A stretch of 64,000 nucleotides of DNA from an uncultured Gammaproteobacteria bacterium (GTDB lineage: Bacteria > Pseudomonadota > Gammaproteobacteria > CAYGNG01): assembly GCA_964351225.1 (NCBI GenBank), contig CAYGNG010000007.1, positions 2,590-66,589 on the forward strand, written 5' to 3'. The notes beneath the pieces are model-generated. The model was not told where the DNA came from. It searched no databases and saw only the letters and a program-made list of their open reading frames with translations. Below, piece by piece: positions 49,460-59,654 of this stretch. The position numbers and the translations under genes are program-made. How positions within the stretch are numbered: position 1 is the first letter of the stretch; each line of letters starts with the position of its first letter.

Positions 49460-50224
49460 TTAAGTCGCTTCCATTCTGATGGCGGCATCTAATCGAATAA
49501 CGGAGCCATTGAGTAACTCATTTTCGATGATGTGCTGTGCAAGCTTAGCGTATTCATCGGGCTCACCAAATCGCTTGGGAAAAGGAATCGTGGATCGCAG
49601 ACTATCCTGAACTTTTTCCGGCATATTGTATATCAAAGGTGTGCCCATAATCCCTGGGGCAATGGCCATGATCCGGATCCCATGTCTTGCAAACTCTCGA
49701 GCAATCGGTAAAGTCATCCCCACAACGCCGGCCTTGGTTGCGCTATAGGCCGCTTGCCCTATTTGCCCTTCCCATGCCGCTACCGAAGCGGTATTGATAA
49801 TAACCCCTCGTTCACCGCTATCGGTCACGGGTTCAAGTTTAGCAACCGCATTGGCAAAAACATTTAAACAACTAAACGTACCGATTAAATTGATATTGAT
49901 GACATTGACAAACTCAGACAGTGGCATTGCCCCTTCTTTTCCAACTACTTTAGCGGCACGTGCAACACCCGCACAATTTACCAGTACCCTGGCAACACCT
50001 AAGGATTTCTCCACTTGGCTAAAAGCAGAGATTACTTCTTGCTCATTTGTGACATCGCAGCGGATACCAATTCCGCCTATTTCTGCGGCAACCTGTCCGA
50101 CTAAATCGGCATTATGATCCAATAAGGCGACTTTATTCCCTGCCTTAGCCAAACGCCTAGCCGTCGCCTCACCCAATCCGGAAGCCGCTCCAGTAACCAC
50201 CACCACTTGATTTTTTGCTTGCAT
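49460..50224 (-). CDS. SDR, 3-hydroxyacyl-CoA dehydrogenase type II-like
   Basis: [38 protein letters not shown]. Confidence 0.9.
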   Translation of the reverse strand: MQAKNQVVVVTGAASGLGEATARRLAKAGNKVALLDHNADLVGQVAAEIGGIGIRCDVTNEQEVISAFSQVEKSLGVARVLVNCAGVARAAKVVGKEGAMPLSEFVNVININLIGTFSCLNVFANAVAKLEPVTDSGERGVIINTASVAAWEGQIGQAAYSATKAGVVGMTLPIAREFARHGIRIMAIAPGIMGTPLIYNMPEKVQDSLRSTIPFPKRFGEPDEYAKLAQHIIENELLNGSVIRLDAAIRMEAT

Positions 50225-50275
50225 TTCTTGCCTCCTCCTACCTTGCTCTGCCTGAGTCCTAATTAATATTAGACC

Positions 50276-51439
50276 CTAATTGACGACATTAAAAACTTTT
50301 TTAAGGTATGCTAAGTAAGAAACATCGCGACACATGGTTTTTTCGGGCGAATCCGACAGCTTGGCTACTGGTTGACCATTGCACGCGACCATTTTAATGA
50401 CGATTTGTAAGGGGGTCACACCCAAATCATTGGTCAAATTAGTTCCTATTCCAAACACGGGGCGCGCGCGATCCTTAAAATACGCATAGAGTTTTAAAGC
50501 CAGCGGAAAATCCAATGAATCGCTAAAAGCTAATATCTTGGTTTTAGGATCGATACGCATTTTCTCATAATGAGCAATTAGCCTATCACCCCAAACAAAA
50601 GGATCCCCAGAATCATGCCGAGCACCATCGAATAACTTACAAAAATACAAGTCAAAATCATTTAAAAAAGCATCCAAGCCTATCACGTCCGACAAAGCGA
50701 TCCCCAACTCGCCGCGATACTCCTGCGCCCATTTTTCAAATGCAAATTTTTGACTCAACGCTAATCGAGGCCCCAGCACTTGGCATGCCTCAAGATATTC
50801 ATGTGCCATTGTTCCAATAGCACGTAACCCCAATTTTTTTGCCAACAGAATGTTACTGGTTCCTGATAGATTTTGCGCTAATTCTTTTTGCAAAACCGTC
50901 AACATATGCTCTTGCCACGCTTGTGAGTAACGCCTTCTTGTCCCAAAGTCAGAGAAGGTAAACCCTTCACGCAAAGCAGAATCTTTAACGAAGTGAATTT
51001 TATCGTATAATAACTCATCCCCCTGCTGCTTAAGCAACTTTGCATCAAACTGCTGATGATAGATCTCACAGACTAATGCCAATACCGGAACCTCAAAAAG
51101 AATGGTGTGTAGCCACGGACCTTTAATCACAACATCAAATTCTGGTGCGGTGCTGACTGTAATAAAATCTCGATTAAAACGAAATAAGCGCAAAAACTCA
51201 ATAAAATCACTCTTGAAAAAAGAGTACTGCTGCAGGTAAAGCAATTCCTCACGCTTAAATGACAAAGTACATAACTCATCAATTGCGTGATTAATTTCTT
51301 TTACAAATGGCAGCAAATTGATATCTTTCGAACGACATTTAAAACGATATTCCGCCATAGCCGAAGGAAACTGATGCAATACCGTTTGCATCATCGTAAG
51401 CTTATACAAATCTGTATCTAATAATGATTTAATAATCAT
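50276..51439 (-). CDS. pncB: Nicotinate phosphoribosyltransferase
   Basis: LLDTDLYKLTM, DFGTRRR, GTMAHE, RHDSGDP, FGIGT. Confidence 0.95.
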   Translation of the reverse strand: MIIKSLLDTDLYKLTMMQTVLHQFPSAMAEYRFKCRSKDINLLPFVKEINHAIDELCTLSFKREELLYLQQYSFFKSDFIEFLRLFRFNRDFITVSTAPEFDVVIKGPWLHTILFEVPVLALVCEIYHQQFDAKLLKQQGDELLYDKIHFVKDSALREGFTFSDFGTRRRYSQAWQEHMLTVLQKELAQNLSGTSNILLAKKLGLRAIGTMAHEYLEACQVLGPRLALSQKFAFEKWAQEYRGELGIALSDVIGLDAFLNDFDLYFCKLFDGARHDSGDPFVWGDRLIAHYEKMRIDPKTKILAFSDSLDFPLALKLYAYFKDRARPVFGIGTNLTNDLGVTPLQIVIKMVACNGQPVAKLSDSPEKTMCRDVSYLAYLKKVFNVVN

Positions 51440-51445
51440 TTTGCA

Positions 51446-52087
51446 CTATCCTTTCAGATCATGAGCACTCGCTATGAATAAGGCCCCTTGGCTCTTCATT
51501 AAGCGAATGGCTTCCTCGGTTGATGCCGTGGCAACCCCTCGGGTTGCAGCCAAATTAACAATCACCTGAAACTGTGCATTGAGTAACTGCAGCACGGTCA
51601 TTTTAACGCAATAATCCGTAGCCAACCCCCCAACAATCACCCACGTCACTTCTCTGGCATGCAGAAACTCTATCACGCCCGTGCTCATTCGCTCAGCAAA
51701 ATCATGAAAACAAGCACCATAGGGGTGCATATCTGGTTCAACGCCCTTCCATACAAAGAAATCGTATGCCGTGACTGGTGGTAACCCCGCAAGTAATTCA
51801 AAGCCTTTGGTTCCGGTCATGGCATGACTCGGCCAATAAACATCGACATTTGCTCCGGCGATCGGACTAAAAACCGGATGGGCGCTATCGCTTTGCCAAA
51901 TAGCATGCGGGCAATGTGCATCTTTAGAACCCACCCGATATTGCGCAAAATGCGCTTGCGCATTTAACTCATCAACAATCCGATGCCCTTCTGCTACCGG
52001 CAATTCATCCGGGCAAATTGGGGTGAAGGTATTCTGCGCATCGACATCGAAACTGGCCACGGTGGCCTTGTCGAGGATGTGTTTCAT
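51446..52087 (-). CDS. pncA: Nicotinamidase
   Basis: DAQNTF, KDAH, WPSH, GLATDYCV; adjacent to pncB. Confidence 0.9.
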   Translation of the reverse strand: MKHILDKATVASFDVDAQNTFTPICPDELPVAEGHRIVDELNAQAHFAQYRVGSKDAHCPHAIWQSDSAHPVFSPIAGANVDVYWPSHAMTGTKGFELLAGLPPVTAYDFFVWKGVEPDMHPYGACFHDFAERMSTGVIEFLHAREVTWVIVGGLATDYCVKMTVLQLLNAQFQVIVNLAATRGVATASTEEAIRLMKSQGALFIASAHDLKG

Positions 52088-52141
52088 TTTATTACCCGCT
52101 GTTCCTTGGCTTTTACCGCCAACGACAAAACCCGCTGCTTT

Positions 52142-52852
52142 TCAAATTTCAATACCCAGACGCTGAGCAACCATTTTATAATGCGCAATGACATCGCCTA
52201 AATCCCGCCGAAATCTATCTTTATCGTAAATAACAAACGTTTCCTGATCCCAAAGTCGACAACCGTCGGGGGTAAACTCATCTCCTAGATACAACTCCCC
52301 GTGGTAGCGCCCAAATTCCAATTTAAAATCAACCAATAAAATGCCAGATTGCTGAAAAAGCGGCAGCAATAATCCATTAATCTGCAAAGTTAATTCACGC
52401 ATTTGCTTGATTTCATTATCTGCAGCTAACTGCAACAAAAGAATCTGCTCTTCAGAAAGAAGCGGATCCCCTCTTGCATCGCTTTTATAGAAAAACTCTA
52501 TCATTGGTGGATCAAATTTAGCCCCTTCCTGAAAAGGCAAACGTCGACACAGCCCACCTGCGGCACGATTGCGTACCACACACTCAACCGGGATCATCTG
52601 CAAACGCCGAACCAAACAAGTCGTCGCATCCAGTTTTCTGATAAAGTGCGTTTTAATCCCTGCGCTGGCCAACCAATGCATAATATAAGCATTGAATGCA
52701 TTATTGGTTCGACCTTTTTCAGCCAAAATAGCATGCTTTTCCGCATTAAAGGCGGTAGCGTCATCACGAAATTCTAAAACACATAAATTAGGATCATCGG
52801 TCGCATAAACTGTTTTTGCTTTGCCTCGATAAAGCGCTTGTCGCTTTTGCAT
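52142..52852 (-). CDS. purC: SAICAR synthetase
   Basis: YRGKAK, IPVECVVRN, LVDFKLEFG, DEFTPDGCRLWD, DKDRFR. Confidence 0.96.
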   Translation of the reverse strand: MQKRQALYRGKAKTVYATDDPNLCVLEFRDDATAFNAEKHAILAEKGRTNNAFNAYIMHWLASAGIKTHFIRKLDATTCLVRRLQMIPVECVVRNRAAGGLCRRLPFQEGAKFDPPMIEFFYKSDARGDPLLSEEQILLLQLAADNEIKQMRELTLQINGLLLPLFQQSGILLVDFKLEFGRYHGELYLGDEFTPDGCRLWDQETFVIYDKDRFRRDLGDVIAHYKMVAQRLGIEI

Positions 52853-52859
52853 ATTCCAC

Positions 52860-53510
52860 TCACCCTACATGGCCAGCGCGCAAGCCGTGCCAATTATCGA
52901 CTGTTGTAATCTCTTGTTGCATCCCCCGGCGGATATCTCTAAAAATTTTTGTCTTTTCATTTTTAACTAATTTTTTCCCTCTTAGCGTGCGTAAAATCAC
53001 TTTGGTTTTCGTATCGGTTATCGGATCCAAATGAATCAAAAGGACCTTTGTTCTATCGGAGACTGGTTTGAAATCACGCGTATCTAATACGACAAATTCA
53101 TGTTTTGATCGGTCACGATGAGAGATGCTAAATCCGGAATTATACAAACCGCTGGCAAGAGAAGGATAGACGACCTCTACCGGGTAATAGACAAACATCT
53201 GTGTCTTATCTTCACTGGTCCGGATAATTCGAGTTTTACGGCGTTCTATTTTTACTGCCCCGGCAACATCGGATGGGTCAAAGGTTAAATGACTGACTAA
53301 ACTTCCTGGGGGCAACATCGATAGTTTTCCTAAACTTTCGATATCATTTAAATTTGGAATGGTATAGCTGTCGTCTAAGTTACGTCCAGGACTTTGCAAC
53401 TCTTCCGCATCGTATGATTGGCGATAATCACCATCTGAGGTTACGGCACAACCACTTAGGACGAAAAAAAACAATGACAACGCGATCGCTATTGGATTTT
53501 TCATTTGCAT
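52860..53510 (-). CDS. Lipoprotein, probable short BamC/NlpB
   Basis: Lipobox LSGC, YTIP and PPGS motifs; position between dapA and purC. Confidence 0.65.
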   Translation of the reverse strand: MQMKNPIAIALSLFFFVLSGCAVTSDGDYRQSYDAEELQSPGRNLDDSYTIPNLNDIESLGKLSMLPPGSLVSHLTFDPSDVAGAVKIERRKTRIIRTSEDKTQMFVYYPVEVVYPSLASGLYNSGFSISHRDRSKHEFVVLDTRDFKPVSDRTKVLLIHLDPITDTKTKVILRTLRGKKLVKNEKTKIFRDIRRGMQQEITTVDNWHGLRAGHVG

Positions 53511-53515
53511 TCTCC

Positions 53516-54391
53516 TTATAAAATTTCAGCAGCTTGCAATGCCTGCCTAACCGTCTCATGATGGATAATCGATAATGGCGTTAATGGTAATCGAATCCCT
53601 GGCGAGATCATACCCATTTCGTAGAGCGCCCATTTGACGGGGATTGGATTCGATTCTAAAAATAAACTGACATGCAGTGGATTTAACTTTTCATTAATTG
53701 CCCTCGCCAGATAGAGCTCATCCTTTAAAATGTTGGCACACAGTTCATGCATGGCTTTAGGGGCAACGTTCGCTGTCACCGAAATCACCCCTTTACCACC
53801 TTCTCGCATAATCTCAATGGTCGCGGCATCCTCACCGCTATAGATATCCAGACGCTCACCACAGAGCGCCATAATATCTTTGGTGCGCTTCGAATCGCCG
53901 GTCGCTTCTTTTACGCCAATAATATTGGGGATATCGGACAGTCGCGCTATCGTCGTTGGCAAAATATCACATGCCGTGCGACCAGGAACATTATAAATAA
54001 TTTGTGGAATAGCAACGGCTTCTGCAATTGCTCGATAATGGCGGTAAAGACCTTCTTGAGTGGGTTTAACATACGCTGGGGTAAGAATTAAGCACGCTTG
54101 AACCCCAAGGTCCATGGCTTCTCGGGTTAATTCAATCGCGTCATGGGTGGCCACCGCACCGGTTCCAGCAATGACCGGCATTCTATCCCTAATTTTATCA
54201 ACAATAAATTGAATAACGGCCTTATGCTCTTTCCGGGTGAGCATTCCGGATTCGCCGGTGGTTCCCACCGCAACGATAGCGTCCGTTTCATTTGCAACAT
54301 GAAATTCCAGCAACTGCTCCAGCGCTTCAAAATCAATTTCACCCACCTCATTCATTGGGGTGATCAATGCCACCATACTGCCATCAAACAC
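53516..54391 (-). CDS. dapA: 4-hydroxy-tetrahydrodipicolinate synthase
   Basis: GTTGES, YNVPGRT, GVKEATG, ESNPIPVK; GTG start at 54391 after GGAG. Confidence 0.96.
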   Translation of the reverse strand: MFDGSMVALITPMNEVGEIDFEALEQLLEFHVANETDAIVAVGTTGESGMLTRKEHKAVIQFIVDKIRDRMPVIAGTGAVATHDAIELTREAMDLGVQACLILTPAYVKPTQEGLYRHYRAIAEAVAIPQIIYNVPGRTACDILPTTIARLSDIPNIIGVKEATGDSKRTKDIMALCGERLDIYSGEDAATIEIMREGGKGVISVTANVAPKAMHELCANILKDELYLARAINEKLNPLHVSLFLESNPIPVKWALYEMGMISPGIRLPLTPLSIIHHETVRQALQAAEIL

Positions 54392-54536
54392 AATACTCTC
54401 CAGAAGTGTCAAAACAAGCCGTATATTGTAGCAAAACCTTACTGATCCCACTATCGGCAAATTGCTTTCCATACTTTGCACAACGCAAAAAATCCCGCTA
54501 CACTTAATATATAATCTGCTTCGCCGGCGATGACTT

Positions 54537-55088
54537 ATGACTAAACAGAAAAAAATTGGCTCTTCATACCTCATTGTCTCCACACTGGGCGAAAACAACC
54601 CAAATGCGCTGCTGCTCATCACCGAACAAATCGCCGAATCGCATTGCTCCATTGTTGAATGTAAAGCCAGCCATCTTGGAGAACACTTGGCGGGTTATTT
54701 TCTGCTAAAAGGCAAGTGGAACCAAATTGCCAAAGCGGAATCTATTTTAACTCACTACGCGAAAACAAATGCTCCGCTTGATATCAAACTGTCGCGTACC
54801 AGTTTTGAAAAAATAAATAATCAGGTCATGCGCTATATCGTCTACGCCATCGCGCTGGATGAACCCAGCCTAGTCAACCAAATCACTGAATTTTTCACCA
54901 ATCAAAACGTTACCATCCACGAATTAAATACCCACACCTACAAAGCGCGGATCACCGAAATTCCGATGTTCAGCCTCACGATGCAAATTTCAGTAGCCAC
55001 TGATTTCCATATTGCGGATCTGCGCGATGCGTTTTTAACCTTCGCGGATTCCTTGAATATTGATGCTATCATGGAGCCTGATAAATAA
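54537..55088 (+). CDS. gcvR: Glycine cleavage transcriptional repressor (ACT domains)
   Basis: Two ACT-like domains, GKWNQIAK, LRDAF...DSLNID; divergent from dapA. Confidence 0.85.
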   Translation: MTKQKKIGSSYLIVSTLGENNPNALLLITEQIAESHCSIVECKASHLGEHLAGYFLLKGKWNQIAKAESILTHYAKTNAPLDIKLSRTSFEKINNQVMRYIVYAIALDEPSLVNQITEFFTNQNVTIHELNTHTYKARITEIPMFSLTMQISVATDFHIADLRDAFLTFADSLNIDAIMEPDK

Positions 55089-55091
55089 TTG

Positions 55092-55123
55092 GTAACTATT
55101 CAGCAAAAAAGCGAATGAGTTAC
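55092..55123. repeat. Short hairpin built from the MITE-family termini
   Basis: GTAACTATTCAGCAAAAAAGCGAATGAGTTAC closely resembles 25707-25738 GTCACTATTCAGCAAAAAAACGGAATAGTTAC. Confidence 0.7.
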
Positions 55124-55129
55124 TTTATT

Positions 55130-56770
55130 TTATACTTTTCTAGGGTGATGCGGGTTAAGCTTGTGCTTTTTTGCAATGCTATTTTTGGCTTGAGCCGGAT
55201 AATTTATTTTTTCAACTTTGAGTATTTGACCTGGATAAACGGTATCATTTTTTAAGTGATTAATTTGGGCAATAAAGCGAGGCGTCATATGATAACGCTT
55301 TGCCAGCTTAATCAACGTATCGCCTTGGCGCACATGAATGCGTTGCAATGTCGGAAGTGGCGAATAAACTTTTGGTTGATAGATGTTGGGATTTTGCCAT
55401 ATAACTATTTTTTTCCCGCGGGATAGATTTTGACGATTGCCAAGCCCATTCCATTTGCGAATTTCACTCGGTGATACGTCATAGCGCCTGGCGATGGAAT
55501 TAATGGTTTCACCATGATGAACATCATGAACGATGCGCCGCGTTTTTAGAAAGTGTTTGGTTTTGGTAATAAAATTGCTGGGAATTTGATATAGACTTCG
55601 AAATGCCAAACTTTTAGGGAGCATTCGTGTTGTAATTGGAATTATTAAATGACGGCCAATTTGCAGTGCGGCACTGGTAAGTTTATTGAGTCGCTTGATG
55701 ACATTTTCTGAGCTTCCATAATGTGCGGCTACTGTGTGTAGGGTATCGCCATTTTTAACGATATGGTGTTGCCATTTAACAAGATCCAGCTTAGGAATTT
55801 TTGCCAGTTTCTTTTCAAAAGTGGATACATTTTGGACGGGAAGCAATAATCGATGCGGGCCATCGGGATCCGTTGCCCAACGATTAAACCCTGGATTTAG
55901 TATAAAGAGCTCATCAAAAGTGATTTCAGCAAGGCTCGCCGCTTGTTCTAAACCTATCTGTGAATCCAGTTGAACTTCTTTAAAATAAGGTTTGTTTTTT
56001 AGCGTGGGCAGTAAGACGGAATAATTCTCGTAATTTTTAATCAAGGCTGCAACGGCTAACAGCCTGGGAACGTAGGTTTTGGTTTCTCTCGATAAGTGCA
56101 ATGACCAAAAATCCGTGCTTTCCCCATTACCGGCATTACGTCGCACCGCGTTGAGGATTGTGCCCTCTCCGGAGTCGTAGGCAGCGATGGCAAGCAACCA
56201 ATCACCTTGGAAAAATTTATGAAGATACGCTAAATAATTCAGTGCGGCTTTCGTTGAGGTGTAAATGTCTCGACGACCATCATACCACCAATTTAACTTC
56301 AGTCCGAAATTGGCTGCAGTCATTGGCATCATTTGCCACAGTCCCGCTGCGCCTTTATTGGAATACACAAATGGATTATACGCTGACTCGATCATAGGCA
56401 GAAGCGCAAGCTCGCCAGGCAAATTACGTTTTTTTAATTCTTCTCGAATGTAGTACATGTACGGTGCAGCGCGTTTGCAGATCCGATTAAAATAAGCTGG
56501 GTGGTTCAAGTACCAATTGATTTGGGTCTGAACTGCCGGAGTACTCACAAAATCGGGGAGCTGAAATTCTTCACGCAAGGCATCCCATGATTCGACATTA
56601 GCGGAAGCAGCTTGGTATTTCCATGAACTGCGAAATGTGGATTGATCAGTTTCTGTTACTGGCTGACGTTGAGGTGTGTCGGATTGGATCTGCTCGGTAC
56701 GACATCCATACAGTAAAGCAAACACAAATAGGGGAATTAAATATTTTGATTTATTGGATTGCCACGACAT
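55130..56770 (-). CDS. mltD: Membrane-bound lytic murein transglycosylase D with three LysM domains
   Basis: LLPMIESAY, AAGLWQ, ETKTYVPR and three LysM repeats. Lipobox LYGC follows ATG 56770; the track start is 56842. Confidence 0.9.
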   Translation of the reverse strand: MSWQSNKSKYLIPLFVFALLYGCRTEQIQSDTPQRQPVTETDQSTFRSSWKYQAASANVESWDALREEFQLPDFVSTPAVQTQINWYLNHPAYFNRICKRAAPYMYYIREELKKRNLPGELALLPMIESAYNPFVYSNKGAAGLWQMMPMTAANFGLKLNWWYDGRRDIYTSTKAALNYLAYLHKFFQGDWLLAIAAYDSGEGTILNAVRRNAGNGESTDFWSLHLSRETKTYVPRLLAVAALIKNYENYSVLLPTLKNKPYFKEVQLDSQIGLEQAASLAEITFDELFILNPGFNRWATDPDGPHRLLLPVQNVSTFEKKLAKIPKLDLVKWQHHIVKNGDTLHTVAAHYGSSENVIKRLNKLTSAALQIGRHLIIPITTRMLPKSLAFRSLYQIPSNFITKTKHFLKTRRIVHDVHHGETINSIARRYDVSPSEIRKWNGLGNRQNLSRGKKIVIWQNPNIYQPKVYSPLPTLQRIHVRQGDTLIKLAKRYHMTPRFIAQINHLKNDTVYPGQILKVEKINYPAQAKNSIAKKHKLNPHHPRKV

Positions 56771-56874
56771 CCGGCCGATGGTAAATAGGTAAGGCACTAA
56801 TAGCAAGAAACATTTTAAAGTTGCCATCAAAACTATCTTCACTTGAAAACATTGCGACCAAAAAATTAAATGCG

Positions 56875-57639
56875 CTAGAAATCATCTCGCCATTTTCGGA
56901 GATTTGAAAAAATTATAACAGGATCTTCTTGAAAAACAGCAGAATTATTCTGCACATTGCGAATGATTTCTGGAACACGACAACGTAAAAACGGATTGGT
57001 GTTTTTTTCTAATGCAATTGAGCTCGGAAGGGTAATGGCATTTGCTGAATGCATCATTTCCACCTGTTTATAGCGTGAGCGTAACAGTGGGTTGCTGGGC
57101 TCGACAATACGGGCGAAGGTCAAATTTTCAAAGGTGTATTCATGCGCACAAAAGACCAAAGTTTGTTCTGGCAGTGCGGCAAGTTTTTGCAGTGAATTAA
57201 AAAGTTGCAAAGCCGTTCCTTCAAATAAGCGACCACAGCCACCAGCAAACAATGTATCACCACAAAATAACCAATCATCGTTGTAGAAAGCGATATGACC
57301 TAAGGTATGTCCTGGGATATCGAGTACCGTTAAGCCCAGCATTGAATCGAGCAGATGAAGTGTGTCTCCTTCTCGCAAAGGGGTATTCACGATATCTTTA
57401 GCTTCCCGTGTTGGGCCATAAACCGGAACAGGAAAATTTTGACATAACCTATCGATGCCACCAACGTGATCGCGATGATGGTGAGTGCATAAAATAGCTT
57501 CAAGGTTAAGTTGATTTTGTTCTATGTAGTTAAGGACGGGGCTCGCATCGCCTGGATCAACCACAACGCAGCCGCGATGGTTATGTATAGCCCATATATA
57601 GTTATCGCTAAAGGCAGGGATTGGGCTTATCATTAACAT
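56875..57639 (-). CDS. gloB: Hydroxyacylglutathione hydrolase
   Basis: THHHRDHVGG, PGHTLGH, GDTLF, CAHEYT. Confidence 0.95.
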   Translation of the reverse strand: MLMISPIPAFSDNYIWAIHNHRGCVVVDPGDASPVLNYIEQNQLNLEAILCTHHHRDHVGGIDRLCQNFPVPVYGPTREAKDIVNTPLREGDTLHLLDSMLGLTVLDIPGHTLGHIAFYNDDWLFCGDTLFAGGCGRLFEGTALQLFNSLQKLAALPEQTLVFCAHEYTFENLTFARIVEPSNPLLRSRYKQVEMMHSANAITLPSSIALEKNTNPFLRCRVPEIIRNVQNNSAVFQEDPVIIFSNLRKWRDDF

Positions 57640-57680
57640 TCGTTACAATCCTGATTGCGTTATCAAATCAAAGTGAAAAA

Positions 57681-58448
57681 ATGACCGCCAGTCGACTCCA
57701 AGAGTATAACAAAGAATTAGCCAAGTGGTATGAATTATCACTTGGAAAAGATCTCCTTAAAGATGAGGCTATCCTCTGCCGTGAATTTTTATCGCATCTA
57801 TTCGGATATCATTTAGTGCAGCTGGGGCTTCCACATATTGAAAAATGGACTGAGTGCAGCGCCATCAAGAATAGAATATGTCTGCAGGCGTTGCTGTCAT
57901 CGGATTCACCGTCACCATTTAAAATGGTTATAACCGATTTTGCTGAATTGCCCCTACGACCAGACAGCGTGGATTTAATTTTTTTGCCGCATTGTTTGGA
58001 AGCCTGCACCGAAAGAGAATATTTTCTGAAACAAATAGTCGATTGTTTAATAGCCGAAGGGCATCTTTTAATACTTTGTTTTAACTACCGAGGGTTGTGG
58101 TGGTTGCGTAAATTTTTATATCCTCGGCAAGCACCATGGTCGGGTAAAGCAATGCGTATGCGGAAATTACGACGAATTTTAACTGAGCTTGGTTGTGATA
58201 TTAAGTTAGTGAAAACCACATTTCATCAACCGCCAATTATGAAAGCCTCATGGCGTAAGCGCTTTAACTTTTTCGAACAGTTGAGTCGACTCTGTTTGCC
58301 AAACTCAGGCGCGGTATATGGTTTGTTGGCTAAAAAGAAAATTTCGCTCATTAAACCGGTGGGCAAAGCTTGGCAAAAAAGCACCATTCTTGTCAAAAGC
58401 AGTGTGACTGAGCCGACAACCCGAGTTAACTCGGGGAATTCTTCGTAA
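57681..58448 (+). CDS. yafS: Class I SAM-methyltransferase-like protein (YafS)
   Basis: [25 protein letters not shown]; lies between gloB and rnhA. Confidence 0.8.
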   Translation: MTASRLQEYNKELAKWYELSLGKDLLKDEAILCREFLSHLFGYHLVQLGLPHIEKWTECSAIKNRICLQALLSSDSPSPFKMVITDFAELPLRPDSVDLIFLPHCLEACTEREYFLKQIVDCLIAEGHLLILCFNYRGLWWLRKFLYPRQAPWSGKAMRMRKLRRILTELGCDIKLVKTTFHQPPIMKASWRKRFNFFEQLSRLCLPNSGAVYGLLAKKKISLIKPVGKAWQKSTILVKSSVTEPTTRVNSGNSS

Positions 58449-58456
58449 GGCGTGTG

Positions 58457-58888
58457 ATGCAAGTGGAAATATTTACCGATGGTGCTTGTCGAGGAAACCC
58501 GGGTCCTGGTGGCTGGGGCGCTTTGTTGCGGTATGGTCAGATTGAAAAAAAAATATACGGCGGTGAAGCGCAAACAACGAATAATCGGATGGAGTTGATG
58601 GCCGCTATCAAAGCACTGCAAGCGTTAACAAAACCTTCCCAGGTGGTATTGACCACTGACTCAGAATATTTACGGCGCGGCGTCATTGAATGGATGCCAG
58701 GATGGAAGGCGCGCAACTGGCGTACCAGTAGTAAAAAGCCCGTCAAAAACGTGGATCTTTGGCAATTACTGGATAGCGAAGTCAAACGACATGAGATTGA
58801 ATGGAAGTGGGTAAAAGGCCATAGTGGCCATAGAGAGAATGAGCTAGCCGATCAATTAGCAAACTTAGGAATAGACTCCTTGGGTTAA
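58457..58888 (+). CDS. rnhA: Ribonuclease HI
   Basis: [36 protein letters not shown]. Confidence 0.97.
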   Translation: MQVEIFTDGACRGNPGPGGWGALLRYGQIEKKIYGGEAQTTNNRMELMAAIKALQALTKPSQVVLTTDSEYLRRGVIEWMPGWKARNWRTSSKKPVKNVDLWQLLDSEVKRHEIEWKWVKGHSGHRENELADQLANLGIDSLG

Positions 58889-58903
58889 CAACAGGCACTA
58901 CTT

Positions 58904-59614
58904 ATGAGACAAATAATATTAGATACAGAAACCACTGGGTTAGAACCGGCGAAAGGCCACCGAATTATAGAAATTGGATGCGTAGAATTATTTGATCGAC
59001 GATTAACCGGAGCGCATTATCATGTCTATCTGAATCCAAATCGTGACATTGATATCGGCGCACGCAATGTGCATGGGATCACAACAGAGTTTCTAAAAGA
59101 TAAACCCAGTTTTGCCAGCGTCGTCGATGATTTTTTGAGTTTTATTCGCGGTGATGAGCTTATTATTCATAATGCGCCCTTTGATGTGGGATTTATAAAT
59201 TATGAATTGCAGCTATTAAATAAAAAATATCGACCTATTTCGCAACACTGTTCAGTAATAGATACCTTACTGTTAGCAAGGAAAAAACATCCGGGTCAGC
59301 GTAACTCATTGGATGCGCTTTGTAAAAGATATCATGTCGATAACCGTAATCGACAATTGCATGGTGCGCTTCTCGATGCTAATTTATTAGCATCGGTTTA
59401 TTTAGCACTAACCGGTGGGCAAAGCACATTAGACCTGGAGCAACAAGAAACACTGGCTGCCCTGCAAAAGCGTCAAACGGTAGCGAATAGAGGAAAACAG
59501 GTGCTTGAGCAACTAAACTTACCCATCGTTAAAGCGTCGTCAGAAACAATCGCACAGCATGAGGCCTTTATCAGTAAAATGACTAACGCCCTCTGGTCAA
59601 AGAACGAAGTTTAA
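58904..59614 (+). CDS. dnaQ: DNA polymerase III epsilon subunit
   Basis: LDTETTG, HNAPFD, HGALLDA, TGGQ. Confidence 0.96.
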   Translation: MRQIILDTETTGLEPAKGHRIIEIGCVELFDRRLTGAHYHVYLNPNRDIDIGARNVHGITTEFLKDKPSFASVVDDFLSFIRGDELIIHNAPFDVGFINYELQLLNKKYRPISQHCSVIDTLLLARKKHPGQRNSLDALCKRYHVDNRNRQLHGALLDANLLASVYLALTGGQSTLDLEQQETLAALQKRQTVANRGKQVLEQLNLPIVKASSETIAQHEAFISKMTNALWSKNEV

Positions 59615-59654
59615 TATGGCCTATTGCCAATTGTTTTTTGGGCTGAAAATCTCA

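Noticed and set aside
54451-54478. Possible sigma-28 promoter upstream of dapA (GCCGATAG on the minus strand)
   Set aside because: The best -35 is CAAA at 16-nt spacing rather than TAAA at 15, and the target is a housekeeping gene.
54392-54652. 87-aa N-terminal extension of DapA in the track
   Set aside because: It overlaps divergent gcvR; DapA homology begins at GTG 54391, which has an RBS.
57681-58448. Methyltransferase-like protein lacking a clear GxGxG motif
   Set aside because: This is usual for YafS-type proteins between gloB and rnhA, so it is not a novel pseudoenzyme.
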